64,000 bases of DNA from Nitrososphaerota archaeon (GCA_028867755.1 JAGWFT010000001.1:260727-324726); one strand, 5' to 3'; shown: positions 19,531 to 29,378, numbered from the stretch's first letter. Made by a program: numbers and translations. The notes: generated from the sequence alone by a model not told the origin.

Positions 19531-20586
19531 TTAGGTAGTAGATTTGATTGATTCAAAGAGCTCTGGAGATAATACTATTTTCTCTCTTACCGGCCTGATT
19601 ATGTCAGACACATATTTTCCTGCACTGGTCTTCAAGTCTGAGGGATGTATCTTTTTTTCTGAAAAGTCCTTTTCTAGCTGTTGGTAACTGGTATAGCTGA
19701 CGTTACCTCCAAATTTTTCCGGTCTTTCAATAATGATTTCACCAAATTCATGAAACACGACATATCTGAAAATTTCAAGAATGGGGTTTTTCTCTATAAT
19801 ACCTTCAGGGCACCAAGCTTTTTTGAATTTTGACCTGATCTCCTCGTCTGAATCATGGATGAATATTCCTGATGCTGATTTTGATTTGCTCATTTTGCTT
19901 GAGATAAACTGTGAATCAGAATCAGTGCCAGTCTCTGGCTCTCCTAGGCCTGCAAGTATGTGGTGATGAATTGCTACTGGCACCTTCCATTTCATTTTAG
20001 GAAAGATTTCTCGCACTAGCATGTGAATTTTCCTTTGATCCATTCCTGCATGCACTATATCCAAATCCATCGAATGAATATCTACAGCCTGCATGGGTGG
20101 GTAAAAGAGCTGGCCTAGCTCAATCTTGTCTTTGTCTGCACTTCTTCCCATTATTGTAAGTGAACGCATGGTTCTATCAAGTGACATGTTTTTTGCAAAT
20201 TTGACCAGATCCATCCAGTATCCCTTCCTTGATTCGTAAAGGTCTGAGCCCTCTACAATTTCCACACCTGGACAGAATAGTTTGAAGGCATCGGCATAAT
20301 ATTTTGAGACCATCCTGATCTTGTCCCAGTCTCCACCTAGCTTGTTATTGATGTAGGTGTGCCAGTCTGCCAAAAATACGGTGCATTTTACTCCAGCCTT
20401 GATAAGATCATTTATTTTAAAACCAGTAAGTATCAAACTTCCAAGATGTAAAAACCCGGAAATTTCTAGTCCGATGTAATGTTTTGGATGGTCATTTGTG
20501 CTAAATAGATTGACCAGTTCTTCCTGTGTGACTATTTCCTCAGTAGGTTCTCTTGTAACAAGTTTGATTTTTTCTGTAACATCCAC
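19531..20586 (-). CDS. tyrS: Tyrosine--tRNA ligase
   Basis: YIGLEISGFLHLG (HIGH-like), YPPMQAVDI, AGMDQRKIH, KMSKS. Confidence 0.93.
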   Translation of the reverse strand: MDVTEKIKLVTREPTEEIVTQEELVNLFSTNDHPKHYIGLEISGFLHLGSLILTGFKINDLIKAGVKCTVFLADWHTYINNKLGGDWDKIRMVSKYYADAFKLFCPGVEIVEGSDLYESRKGYWMDLVKFAKNMSLDRTMRSLTIMGRSADKDKIELGQLFYPPMQAVDIHSMDLDIVHAGMDQRKIHMLVREIFPKMKWKVPVAIHHHILAGLGEPETGTDSDSQFISSKMSKSKSASGIFIHDSDEEIRSKFKKAWCPEGIIEKNPILEIFRYVVFHEFGEIIIERPEKFGGNVSYTSYQQLEKDFSEKKIHPSDLKTSAGKYVSDIIRPVREKIVLSPELFESIKSTT

Positions 20587-20620
20587 TTCGAGTCAAATCT
20601 TCTTTTGTGATCCTATAAAG

Positions 20621-21184
20621 TTACGCATCAAGATCATCCAATTTCTTTCTTGGTCTTGTGCTAAGATATAGTGCATGTGAACTTATGATAAAGGCTGCAA
20701 GAAATGATTTTGTAGCAAAGTTCAGGTTCCATGGCCTGGTGGGGTCTGGGTATGCCACTGTTAAGGAGTCAATATCTGGAACCTTTCCGTTAATAATTCC
20801 AGCCGTGATTTGTGCATTGAGAACTATAAAGTTGTAAATTACCTCATACAGGGTGATTGCTGCTAGCCCAGCCAACATTAGCTGTACCAATGTAAGTTGC
20901 CAGGAAGGAACTTCGACTGTTCTCTTCCAACCAATTCTTGTGACACAGTACCACCCAATTATGGTGGAAAAGAAGAACCATGATGTTAGCTTGGCGAAGT
21001 GAGCCGTAGGAAATTCTGTCTTTTCTAATATTTCACCCATTACATATGTGCCATTTTTTTGCCATTCTTCAGACATCTCATAAATGCCATAGAAGGTTAT
21101 AGATCCCATTATGAATGCGCATGCATAGAAAATGTACAGAAATATCTTGTATCCTGACTGATCCCTGTGCAATCCAATCTTCAT
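20621..21184 (-). CDS. Multi-pass membrane hypothetical protein
   Basis: About four hydrophobic segments. Confidence 0.7.
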   Translation of the reverse strand: MKIGLHRDQSGYKIFLYIFYACAFIMGSITFYGIYEMSEEWQKNGTYVMGEILEKTEFPTAHFAKLTSWFFFSTIIGWYCVTRIGWKRTVEVPSWQLTLVQLMLAGLAAITLYEVIYNFIVLNAQITAGIINGKVPDIDSLTVAYPDPTRPWNLNFATKSFLAAFIISSHALYLSTRPRKKLDDLDA

Positions 21185-21273
21185 TAAACACGATTGATGT
21201 TACCTGAAATATAAAAATTGGTTTTAATTTCATTCGGAAGTTTAATTATAGTATAAAGTTTGATAATATATAA

Positions 21274-22362
21274 TTGAAAATTCCTATAAATTCCCCAGTA
21301 ATTGGAAAGGAGGAAATCAATGAAGTACGATCTGTTTTACTGGAAAAATCATTAACCACTGCTGCAAATTCTGGAGGCAAAAGAACCCAAGAGTTTGAAA
21401 GACTTTTGTCATCGTATACCAAATCAAGATACGCAATAGCAGTAAATTCAGGTACTGCAGCACTGCAGGCTGCGCTTTACACTCTTGACATAAAAAGTGG
21501 CGATGAAGTCCTGCTCCCATCATTTACTTTTGTAGCCACTGCAAATTCTGTTGTATCAGTTGGTGCAAAGCCAGTGTTTGTGGATGTGACTCCAGATAAT
21601 TATACGATGGATCCTGACGACCTGGAGAGAAAAATCACAAAAAAATCAAAGGCAATAATGCCTGTCCATCTGTACGGAAATTTTTCATACATGAGTGAAA
21701 TTTCTGAGATAGCAGACAAGCATAATATCGATGTAATTGAGGATGCTGCGCAGTCACTGGGAACTACATATAAAAATAAACAATCAGGAACATTTTCACG
21801 ATTAGGTTGCTTTAGCATGTATGCTGCAAAGGTAGTGACATCAGGAGAGGGTGGGGCAATTGTCACAAACGACAGAGATCTATTTGAAAAACTTCGTAAA
21901 ATAAGAAACCATGGAATGCTTCATGGGTACGACACCAGAATTTTAGGATTAAATCTTAGGCTTCCAGAAATATCTGCTGCCATAGCCAAGGTTCAAATGA
22001 AAAAACTTCCAAAGTTTCTCAAAAAAAGAGAGAAAAATGCCAAAACTTTAACAGACCTCTTATGCGACCTGAATTTCATTCTACCAAAAGAAAGAGCTGG
22101 TGTCAAGGTAAACTGGTATCTTTATACAATTTCCACAAAGAATCGAGATAGATTATCAAAGCAATTAAATGAAAAAGGAATTGGTGCAACAGCATATTAT
22201 TCCATCCCAGTACACAAAACTCCATTTTACAAAAACAATACAAAATTACCGATGACTGATTGGGCTGCTTCTGCAGTACTGAGCTTGCCTGTACATCCTC
22301 TTGTAACGGAAAATGATCTTCATTACATCTCAAAAACCATTCACCAATTGATCAAAAAATGA
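21274..22362 (+). CDS. DegT/DnrJ/EryC1/StrS PLP-dependent aminotransferase
   Basis: NSGTAALQAAL, PSFTFVATAN, EDAAQS, FSMYAAKVVTSGEGG. Confidence 0.92.
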   Translation: MKIPINSPVIGKEEINEVRSVLLEKSLTTAANSGGKRTQEFERLLSSYTKSRYAIAVNSGTAALQAALYTLDIKSGDEVLLPSFTFVATANSVVSVGAKPVFVDVTPDNYTMDPDDLERKITKKSKAIMPVHLYGNFSYMSEISEIADKHNIDVIEDAAQSLGTTYKNKQSGTFSRLGCFSMYAAKVVTSGEGGAIVTNDRDLFEKLRKIRNHGMLHGYDTRILGLNLRLPEISAAIAKVQMKKLPKFLKKREKNAKTLTDLLCDLNFILPKERAGVKVNWYLYTISTKNRDRLSKQLNEKGIGATAYYSIPVHKTPFYKNNTKLPMTDWAASAVLSLPVHPLVTENDLHYISKTIHQLIKK

Positions 22363-22838
22363 ATCTTATAGGAGAGTTTGCAGGTGAATTGTGCAAAATA
22401 CTGCTTCCAATTGAGGACAGGGTTTACCTTGGGAATTCCGAATCTGGTATAGCCATATGCACTCTGTCTAGCATGAAACTGCTCACTGAAATTGTAAATT
22501 CTTCATTTATGGTCAAAATCAATATAGCTGGGAGACTGCTTTCAGAAAATAAAGGAATTGATTTACTTGTTAGATATGTTATATCCAATAGAAAAATTCA
22601 CACTATCATACTATGTGGTAACGATGCAGTAGGACACAAGCCTGGACACTCGTTATTTTGTTTATACAAAAATGGAATAAACCAAGACAGAAGAATAATT
22701 GGTTCTCAAAGTCCAGATCCATTTTTGTCATTGACAAGTGAAGAGGTGTTAGAGTTTCAAAATCAAGTAAGAATTATTGATAAGATAGGGCAAACCAATA
22801 TTTCAAATCTCAGTATGGAAATCAACAACAAAAGCTAA
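22359..22838 (+). CDS. MtrA-like (tetrahydromethanopterin S-methyltransferase subunit A homologue) corrinoid-binding protein
   Basis: SENKGID..V..VISN..I..IILCG...GH..G.SL..LYKNGI....RIIG resembles the MtrA core. Confidence 0.7.
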   Translation: MNLIGEFAGELCKILLPIEDRVYLGNSESGIAICTLSSMKLLTEIVNSSFMVKINIAGRLLSENKGIDLLVRYVISNRKIHTIILCGNDAVGHKPGHSLFCLYKNGINQDRRIIGSQSPDPFLSLTSEEVLEFQNQVRIIDKIGQTNISNLSMEINNKS

Positions 22839-22840
22839 GC

Positions 22841-23173
22841 TCAATAACCGTCAAGCTGTCTTTGTTTGTTGACTTGGTGTTTCTTTTGATATTCTTTTAG
22901 TATGTCCTCGGGGGTCATGTTCAGTTCCAGTGAAGCTTGTACCACAAAGTGCCATATATCGATAAGCTCCTCCCTGGCAGCTGCCTCGTCAAACTCTGTC
23001 GGTTTTTTCCACCACTTCCAATTCGTTGTTCGCTGCAGCTCTACTGCCTCGTGAATTATGGCAGTACACAATGAAGAAATTTTCCCTTGTGTATCTTTTG
23101 GATAACGCTCTAGGTTCATCATTTTCTCCAAATTCTTTTGAAGCCTGAAAATTGTATCCAGCCTGTCTTCCAT
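22841..23173 (-). CDS. All-alpha dUTPase / MazG-like NTP pyrophosphatase
   Basis: HEAVEL...WKWWK...REELIDIWHF. Confidence 0.85.
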   Translation of the reverse strand: MEDRLDTIFRLQKNLEKMMNLERYPKDTQGKISSLCTAIIHEAVELQRTTNWKWWKKPTEFDEAAAREELIDIWHFVVQASLELNMTPEDILKEYQKKHQVNKQRQLDGY

Positions 23174-23207
23174 GGACTTTTTTTCTATTTGATATCTATA
23201 ACCTTTT

Positions 23208-24101
23208 TTAGAAATGAACTATTTTTCTATAATATCTGAATCTGTTTTGTATCTGGGATTTTCTCAATTTGACTAGGCCAGCAATTCCATATCTTTCGAC
23301 TGCAAATGAACCCATTACATTTCCATACGCAGCAGCCTCTCTGATTGTTGATAGTTTTGTACTGTTTTTACTAGCCATGTATCCAATCATGCCACCTGCA
23401 AAAGAATCTCCAGCTCCTGTAGGGTCAACGATATTCTCCAAGGAAAAGGCAGATGAAGGAAATACCATATCATCACAAAATAGCAGGGATCCGTGCTCTC
23501 CCTTCTTTATGATTACAATTTTTGTTCCCCATTCCATGATCTTTTTTGCGGCTTTGATTAGGTTGTGAGTTTTTGTCAGCAACTTGGCCTCTTCGTCATT
23601 TATAACAACAGAATCGACCACTCCCATCATCTTTATGACATCATTTCTTTTAGTTGAAATCCAGAAATCTATAGTATCACACATGGAAAACTTGACCTTA
23701 TCAAACTCCTTGATTATCTTTGCATTTTGGGCAGGATCATTGTTTGCAAGATAAACAAATTCTGATCTTCTATATCTTTCAGGAACTGTAGGCTTGAAAT
23801 CCTTTAGTACATTTAGCTCAGTCTTGTTGGTAGTCCTTGAGCTTAATGTCTTGTCATAACTTCCATCATATCGGAAAGTTTTCCCGTTTGCATGTACTAC
23901 TCCCCCAGTGTCCAAGAACTTGTTCAAGATTTTTTGATATTGTTTTGGAAAGTCATAGCCTATTACTGCAATAAGGCTAGGTTTCTGAAAAAAACTTGCA
24001 GATACTGCTGCATATGTGGCAGCACCACCTAATGCATTTTTAATAACTCTAGATGGAGTCCTGATGGTATCTATAGCAACAGATCCAAAAACAGTCAGCA
24101 T
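23208..24101 (-). CDS. PfkB-family carbohydrate/nucleoside kinase
   Basis: LGGAATY and DPTGAGDSFAGG PfkB signatures. Confidence 0.92.
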   Translation of the reverse strand: MLTVFGSVAIDTIRTPSRVIKNALGGAATYAAVSASFFQKPSLIAVIGYDFPKQYQKILNKFLDTGGVVHANGKTFRYDGSYDKTLSSRTTNKTELNVLKDFKPTVPERYRRSEFVYLANNDPAQNAKIIKEFDKVKFSMCDTIDFWISTKRNDVIKMMGVVDSVVINDEEAKLLTKTHNLIKAAKKIMEWGTKIVIIKKGEHGSLLFCDDMVFPSSAFSLENIVDPTGAGDSFAGGMIGYMASKNSTKLSTIREAAAYGNVMGSFAVERYGIAGLVKLRKSQIQNRFRYYRKIVHF

Positions 24102-24113
24102 ACTTTGCTGGTT

Positions 24114-24584
24114 TTACGTGCCGTCTATAAATGCTCTAGCTTCGTCTTGTGTTGGGTAGTATGTGAATGGGACACTTACAGTTGTAAAGAGGACGTTATA
24201 CTGACTTGTTCCTGTTAGTTTTAGGCTGGGGATGTTGTCACTCTTGTTGTACTTGTCCAATATTGTAGTGTCGGCAAGAAATGGAGTCTGAGCAACTGTT
24301 TTTCCCATCGCAGGAATTAGTGATGGCTGTAATACTCCAGTACCAAGATCTTCCCCATTGGCAGACACAGAGAAATCAGTCTTTCCAATGTTTAGAACTA
24401 ATAGTGAGGGATTGTTGAATTGCAGCTGTAGACTGTATAGTGTGCCTTGATCACTCTTATCTACGATCTTACTTTGAATAATAGAAACATGAAGATTAGA
24501 CACTGATAGATATTGAATATAGCCAAATATGCCTACAGCGGCGACAATTATGCTTATGACAACGATTTTTGTTCTTTTTTCCAC
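24114..24584 (-). CDS. LEA_2/WHy-like membrane-anchored protein
   Basis: N-terminal TM helix then a beta-rich domain with FNNPS. Confidence 0.6.
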   Translation of the reverse strand: MEKRTKIVVISIIVAAVGIFGYIQYLSVSNLHVSIIQSKIVDKSDQGTLYSLQLQFNNPSLLVLNIGKTDFSVSANGEDLGTGVLQPSLIPAMGKTVAQTPFLADTTILDKYNKSDNIPSLKLTGTSQYNVLFTTVSVPFTYYPTQDEARAFIDGT

Positions 24585-24720
24585 GCTGGTGAATGGTAAA
24601 ATCCCTTTTTAGCACAGGTAGAAAAAAAATCCAAATAACTTGTGTAAACTTTTTGATCTGTTTTTAAAGCTACTTAGAGCTAACAGAATAAATCAAAATA
24701 GTAAGATTGAATGTTACAAA

Positions 24721-25197
24721 ATGGCTAAAATAAGAATCAGATATGGACAAAATGAAATTGAGATCGAATCCAAGGATTTCTATATAGATAACCAAAGTGT
24801 AGATGAGGTAGTAAACAACCTCTCAGTATATGTCAAAGATTACAGCCCGAGCACACTTCAGCATGACTATTCGTACGGACAGCCTACTCGAGGTACCGAA
24901 GTTTTAAGCATGCTAGATGATGCAGAAATTCACGAGCCAGAGTTTGCCAGGCCTACTTTCCTTGATAAGCAGCAAATAAAGAGCAAGGTTAGAACGCTCG
25001 TTGAGGATGCGTTCTTTGACCAGCCACGAACAGTCTCTGAGGTTGTTGCCCAATTACATGAATATGGCTGGACAGCAGTTCCGCTTGATGTATCCAAAGC
25101 CTTGACAGATATGGCCTTTAGCAATGAACTACAAAGAGACTTGCGGGAAAAGCGCAGTTATTACTCAATTGCTAAGATTGAACAGTGCCTTAACTAG
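24721..25197 (+). CDS. Hypothetical protein with a probable C-terminal winged helix
   Basis: Start chosen at MAKIRIRYG; FFDQPRTVSEV..L..YGW pattern. Confidence 0.65.
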   Translation: MAKIRIRYGQNEIEIESKDFYIDNQSVDEVVNNLSVYVKDYSPSTLQHDYSYGQPTRGTEVLSMLDDAEIHEPEFARPTFLDKQQIKSKVRTLVEDAFFDQPRTVSEVVAQLHEYGWTAVPLDVSKALTDMAFSNELQRDLREKRSYYSIAKIEQCLN

Positions 25198-25375
25198 CCT
25201 TATAGTCACACTTGCTGCAAGAATCAAACACATCCCCTTCCAAGTGATCAAAATGAGCGTTGCACTTTAGGCACGTGTGATGCATATCAAAATAGCCGTC
25301 ATTTTCGACTTTTCCTACACGATTAGACTGCAATTCCATGCTTCCGCATTTTATACAATGGCATCCGCATTGCAT
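25190..25375 (-). CDS. Small Cys/His-rich Zn-binding protein
   Basis: CGCHCIKC, HTCLKC, HFDH and CSKC in 61 aa. Confidence 0.65.
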   Translation of the reverse strand: MQCGCHCIKCGSMELQSNRVGKVENDGYFDMHHTCLKCNAHFDHLEGDVFDSCSKCDYKAS

Positions 25376-25397
25376 GGAATTTGATGAATTTCTACTG

Positions 25398-26321
25398 TTA
25401 ATAACCTGAGTGGAAATTCAACCTATTTGCAAATCTCAGGGCAACAACTGATAAAATTGCAATGGCTAGCGGCACAAAAACTGGAAACTCTGGAATTGCA
25501 GTTGTTCCTGTGATCTGCAGTGTTCCATTATGAGCAGGTTTCATTCCTATCCAAGCATACGTACCGTTGTCATTAAATGAGCTAGCAAGAGTTGAATTTG
25601 TGTTTATTGTTGCTTGATATGGACCCCATAAAAGTGCCTTAGGCATTATCACTACTACATTAGAATTTGCCTTGTCAATATTGAATGCATATGTTTTTGC
25701 TGATTGATCAAAAACATAAGATCCGGCATTTGCCAGAGTCCTTATTCCAACATTGAATGTCTGGTTTTGCCACTGTACAGTTTGGACAGTTTCAGGTTCA
25801 TTGATGATGTATGTAAGATGCATGCCATTTCCAACTTGCCTGAGACCCTTTTCACCAAGATACACAGGCCTGTCTTGGGCCCAAATCATATCTACTCCTT
25901 TAGGAAAATAAAAATCAGTGAAGTATGAGTCACTTGGGGCATAATAATTCCAGCGCCAGACTCCGTTATCATTGGTTACTACGTTAGGTATGTCATATCT
26001 GATCAGTGTTACATTTCTTTGAGTAGGCAATAATAGAACAGACATTGGGCTTTGACTAATTGTGGAATATTGTACAGAATTGCCAGCTTGATCAGTAACT
26101 GTCAAGTTAGCAAGACTGCCGGAAATCATCTCAACATGAATAGGAGTGGTACCGTTTCCCTGCACTTCATGAAGCACATGAGCTGTTCCGTTCCCATCAA
26201 TTGCAATCTTGATGTCTTCCTGAGGAGGGCCTCCAATTGATAGCTGGCCAAACGCAGCTGTAGTTGAAAAAATTGTTACGGCTATTATGCAAGCAATGAA
26301 AAGTTTCAACATAGGCATCAT
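25398..26321 (-). CDS. Surface protein with a PEF-CTERM-type sorting signal
   Basis: Signal peptide; C-terminal IPEFP + TM helix + basic tail; start set at MMPMLK. Confidence 0.8.
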   Translation of the reverse strand: MMPMLKLFIACIIAVTIFSTTAAFGQLSIGGPPQEDIKIAIDGNGTAHVLHEVQGNGTTPIHVEMISGSLANLTVTDQAGNSVQYSTISQSPMSVLLLPTQRNVTLIRYDIPNVVTNDNGVWRWNYYAPSDSYFTDFYFPKGVDMIWAQDRPVYLGEKGLRQVGNGMHLTYIINEPETVQTVQWQNQTFNVGIRTLANAGSYVFDQSAKTYAFNIDKANSNVVVIMPKALLWGPYQATINTNSTLASSFNDNGTYAWIGMKPAHNGTLQITGTTAIPEFPVFVPLAIAILSVVALRFANRLNFHSGY

Positions 26322-26322
26322 C

Positions 26323-26802
26323 TTATTCTGAGATCGTAACGTGTAAAATTTTGGCTTCTTGATTAGGACAGTCATTTTTATCTCTTGGAAGATTCACAAT
26401 CTTATCTGCAACATCCATCCCCTTTGTAACCTGCCCAAATACGGTATATTGTCTATCAAGAAACGTGCTGTCTGTGGTAACTATGAAGAACTGTGAACCT
26501 GCACTGTCTGGGTCTGTTGCCCTTGCCATTGAGACGATGCCTCTTAGGTGTGACTTTGAGTTAAACTCTGCCTTTATTGTATAGCCAGGTCCTCCCATAC
26601 CCCATTTCTTTTTGTCAGAATTCTTGGTATTAGGGTCACCTCCTTGAATCATAAATCCAGGTATTACTCTGTGAAAGAGGGTTCCATCATAAAAATTACT
26701 TTTTGCAAGTTTAGTGAAATTTCGTATAGTTTCTGGAGCGTTATTTGGTAATAGCTCAAATACAATGTTTCCAAAATTAGTTTCTATAGTAGCCTGTGCC
26801 AC
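26323..26802 (-). CDS. Cyclophilin-type peptidyl-prolyl isomerase
   Basis: FYDGTLFHRVIPGFMIQGGDP, SMARA, SAGSQFFI. Confidence 0.95.
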   Translation of the reverse strand: MAQATIETNFGNIVFELLPNNAPETIRNFTKLAKSNFYDGTLFHRVIPGFMIQGGDPNTKNSDKKKWGMGGPGYTIKAEFNSKSHLRGIVSMARATDPDSAGSQFFIVTTDSTFLDRQYTVFGQVTKGMDVADKIVNLPRDKNDCPNQEAKILHVTISE

Positions 26803-27073
26803 CTTTCACAACCATCCATTTTATCATAATAACCTTTCTACACAATCTTACTTTTTCAGTAAAGGGTTTCCTTTGATTATTCTATTGTAACCGCTCAAGT
26901 AAGATAAAAACATTTTAGCTGAATAAAATCAATAGTCAAAACTCTGGAAAATTTTGAAAATTATGATGCAAACAGAAGACTATGTTAAAATGTAAAACCA
27001 ATTTTCCAATATGCAATATTATTACCAAAAATATAGTAACAGTCTTATATAGAAGATCTGAAAAATAAAAATC

Positions 27074-27316
27074 GTGAATCGTACTACTCAGAGCACAAAT
27101 ATCAAGCAAGCAATAAACAGTCTGCTTGACAGAGGCTTAACAGATAAACAAGATATCTACACAAAAGTTGTAGAAGAGCTTGGGGTTCCAAGACCAACAG
27201 TAAGGCGGGTTGCAAGAGATCTTAGAAACGAACTTTTACAGAAAATTAAGATTTTGCAGTCTGAAGTTCCAGAATTAGAGGGTAATTCTAAGGCTGCTGC
27301 TGAAAGCAGTGACTAA
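27074..27316 (+). CDS. Small HTH-like hypothetical protein
   Basis: VVEELGVPRPTVRRVARDLR. Confidence 0.6.
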   Translation: MNRTTQSTNIKQAINSLLDRGLTDKQDIYTKVVEELGVPRPTVRRVARDLRNELLQKIKILQSEVPELEGNSKAAAESSD

Positions 27317-27400
27317 CAAAACCCCTCTATTTTTATAAATATATTTTCTAATTTGGAAATTTCCATTACTGTTATATTCTGCTATTTGAAGAATAAATTC

Positions 27401-27856
27401 ATGGGAAATATACCCACCATTGTAACATCCTGTCTTGCAGTGGCTCTGACCATAGTGTACTTCTTGGTCTCAGATCAAGGCAAATTCACTTTCATAATCT
27501 TGGCAGCAGCAGCATGGTTTCTAGTTATAATATGCTGGCTGGCCGACAAGAGTCAAAAGTACATGCACAAACTTGAGGGTCATGAACAGACACACGATGA
27601 AAAAAAAAAGCTAGCTAATTACAATCAGCAACAACATACCGTCCAGATAAGCTCTAGTGAACTAAGCCATGTCAAAGCAGAACTTAGTGCTGACTTGGAA
27701 GAATTGCAAAGCTCACTGAAGAACAAAGACACAGAGATTGAAAACCTCAAGGCAGAGATTGCAAGCCTTCACACTCTCGTAGAGATAGAAAAACTAAGAG
27801 CAGAATTAGCTAACCTCAAAGCTCTTGCAGCAAAACAAAGTGCCAAAAAGAAATAA
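27401..27856 (+). CDS. Two-TM protein with a C-terminal coiled coil
   Basis: Two hydrophobic helices then heptad-rich ELEELQSSLKNKDTEIENLKAEI. Confidence 0.7.
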   Translation: MGNIPTIVTSCLAVALTIVYFLVSDQGKFTFIILAAAAWFLVIICWLADKSQKYMHKLEGHEQTHDEKKKLANYNQQQHTVQISSSELSHVKAELSADLEELQSSLKNKDTEIENLKAEIASLHTLVEIEKLRAELANLKALAAKQSAKKK

Positions 27857-27860
27857 CAGA

Positions 27861-27998
27861 TTATTTACAATGAGGACATTCGTGCTTTCCGTGATTTTCT
27901 TTGCAAGAAGGACAACTAATGGCCCCCCCATAGTGGCAGTCACATCTGCACCCATCATTTAGCTTTTCTTCTGTTATCAACTGATTAATGAGAATCAT
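27861..27998 (-). CDS. Cys/His-rich microprotein (metallothionein-like), 39-45 aa
   Basis: Hand translation: MILINQLITEEKLNDGCRCDCHYGGAISCPSCKENHGKHECPHCK; alternative TTG start at 27980. Confidence 0.6.
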   Translation of the reverse strand: MILINQLITEEKLNDGCRCDCHYGGAISCPSCKENHGKHECPHCK

Positions 27999-28003
27999 AC
28001 GTC

Positions 28004-28450
28004 ATGTTAATATTTAACGATGTAAAATTACGAAATGTGAGGTATATCACAGCAATACTTGCAATGGCTGCACTTTTAGTTTCAAGCTTTGCACTTCCAG
28101 CTTCACAGGCAGTTGTACCTACGCAAAACTATGTACCTGAAAGTGATGTTACAATGCAAAAATCTGTTGTAAATATGAATATCCCATCCAATCCAAATCT
28201 ACCGTTTGGCTGTGTCTGGGGAACAGTACAAAATGCTGCACCGGGTTATCCGGTTGATATTGAAATTTACAAAAACGGTAAACCAGTTTACTTTGCTCAA
28301 GCTAATGTGACTTCAGACGGTTCGTATCAACAATATTTTAGAGTCATGAATGTTGATCATGGGCATGAAACTAACATTTTTGAGGGAGATTACACCGTTG
28401 AAATTTTCAAATATATTGTAAATTCCACATCAAGCGCTGCTTCGACCTAA
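28004..28450 (+). CDS. Secreted hypothetical protein
   Basis: Signal-peptide-like segment then an Ig-like beta region; start probably further downstream. Confidence 0.7.
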   Translation: MLIFNDVKLRNVRYITAILAMAALLVSSFALPASQAVVPTQNYVPESDVTMQKSVVNMNIPSNPNLPFGCVWGTVQNAAPGYPVDIEIYKNGKPVYFAQANVTSDGSYQQYFRVMNVDHGHETNIFEGDYTVEIFKYIVNSTSSAAST

Positions 28451-28468
28451 AACCTAATTATAATAAAA

Positions 28469-28561
28469 CGGGCTCGGAGGGCTTCGATCCCTCGACCTGT
28501 AACTTAGGAGGCTACCGCGCTATCCATGTTTCGCGTCATTAAGACTCTGCGCCACGAGCCC
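28469..28561 (-). tRNA. tRNA-Arg(CCT) with a ~17-18 nt non-canonical intron in the D-loop
   Basis: Acceptor stem GGGCTCG/CGAGCCC, anticodon arm GTAGC-CTCCTAA-GTTAC, T arm GAGGG-ATCGAAG-CCCTC; 93 nt long. Confidence 0.88.
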
Positions 28562-28586
28562 AGCAAAAATCAAACTTGGTAACAAT

Positions 28587-29297
28587 TTAAGCGTAATCGA
28601 GATTCGAAATTATCATCTCTCTGATTTGCTGCCAACTAGGATCACTGTTATTGTTCCATTTCTCATAATACACGACGTCTTTCAAGGCAAGTCTGTTAAG
28701 CCAGCCGGCTGTCTCTAAATCTGGTTTTTCAGCAAAACCTGTAACATGTCCAAGACACAGGTATGCAACGGGAACAACATGCTCAGGAATCTCGAGGTGT
28801 TTTTTGAGGTCATCATTTGAAAGTATGCTGACCCAGCCTACTCCTATATCCTCTGCTCTTGCAGCAAGCCAGAGATTTTGTATGGCACAACAAACACTGT
28901 AAATTCCAGTCTCTGGTATACTGGACCTTCCTATAACAAAAGGTCCAAACTTGGAAGGATCATAAGTGACACAAACATTTAGTGCAGAACCCAAGATTCC
29001 TTCAAGTCTCAATGAAAGATATTTTGATCTCTTGGGGTCTTCGACTAGATTAGAAGAACGAATTCTTTCTTTGTCAAAAGAATCCTTTACTTTTTTTCTT
29101 GTTTGCTTATCTTTGATTAGTATAAAGTTCCATGGCTGTGAAAATCCCACAGAAGGTGCATGATGAGCCGCATTGAGTATTCTTGACAGGACTCTTTCAT
29201 CTATTGACTCGGAAGTAAAGTGAGACCTTACATCACGTCTTGAAAAAACTGCTTTGTAAAAGCCGTCTTTTTCCTCTGGTGAAAATTCACCATTCAT
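28587..29297 (-). CDS. bluB: 5,6-dimethylbenzimidazole synthase (BluB, nitroreductase fold)
   Basis: RRDVR, AHHAPSVGFSQPWNF, YSVCCAIQNLWLAARAE.IGVGWVSI. Confidence 0.9.
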   Translation of the reverse strand: MNGEFSPEEKDGFYKAVFSRRDVRSHFTSESIDERVLSRILNAAHHAPSVGFSQPWNFILIKDKQTRKKVKDSFDKERIRSSNLVEDPKRSKYLSLRLEGILGSALNVCVTYDPSKFGPFVIGRSSIPETGIYSVCCAIQNLWLAARAEDIGVGWVSILSNDDLKKHLEIPEHVVPVAYLCLGHVTGFAEKPDLETAGWLNRLALKDVVYYEKWNNNSDPSWQQIREMIISNLDYA

Positions 29298-29378
29298 ACG
29301 GTATCCATTTAGAGTGTTCGCATATTACTCTTCTTTTCTAAAACGTTAATATCGTGTACAATGAGGTCGTATTTCATT

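Noticed and set aside
26812-26823. ATAAAATGGA(T) near the cyclophilin and pstB starts is complementary to the loop of sRNA A
   Set aside because: 10-11 nt AT-rich matches are expected by chance in 64 kb; this needs proper target prediction.
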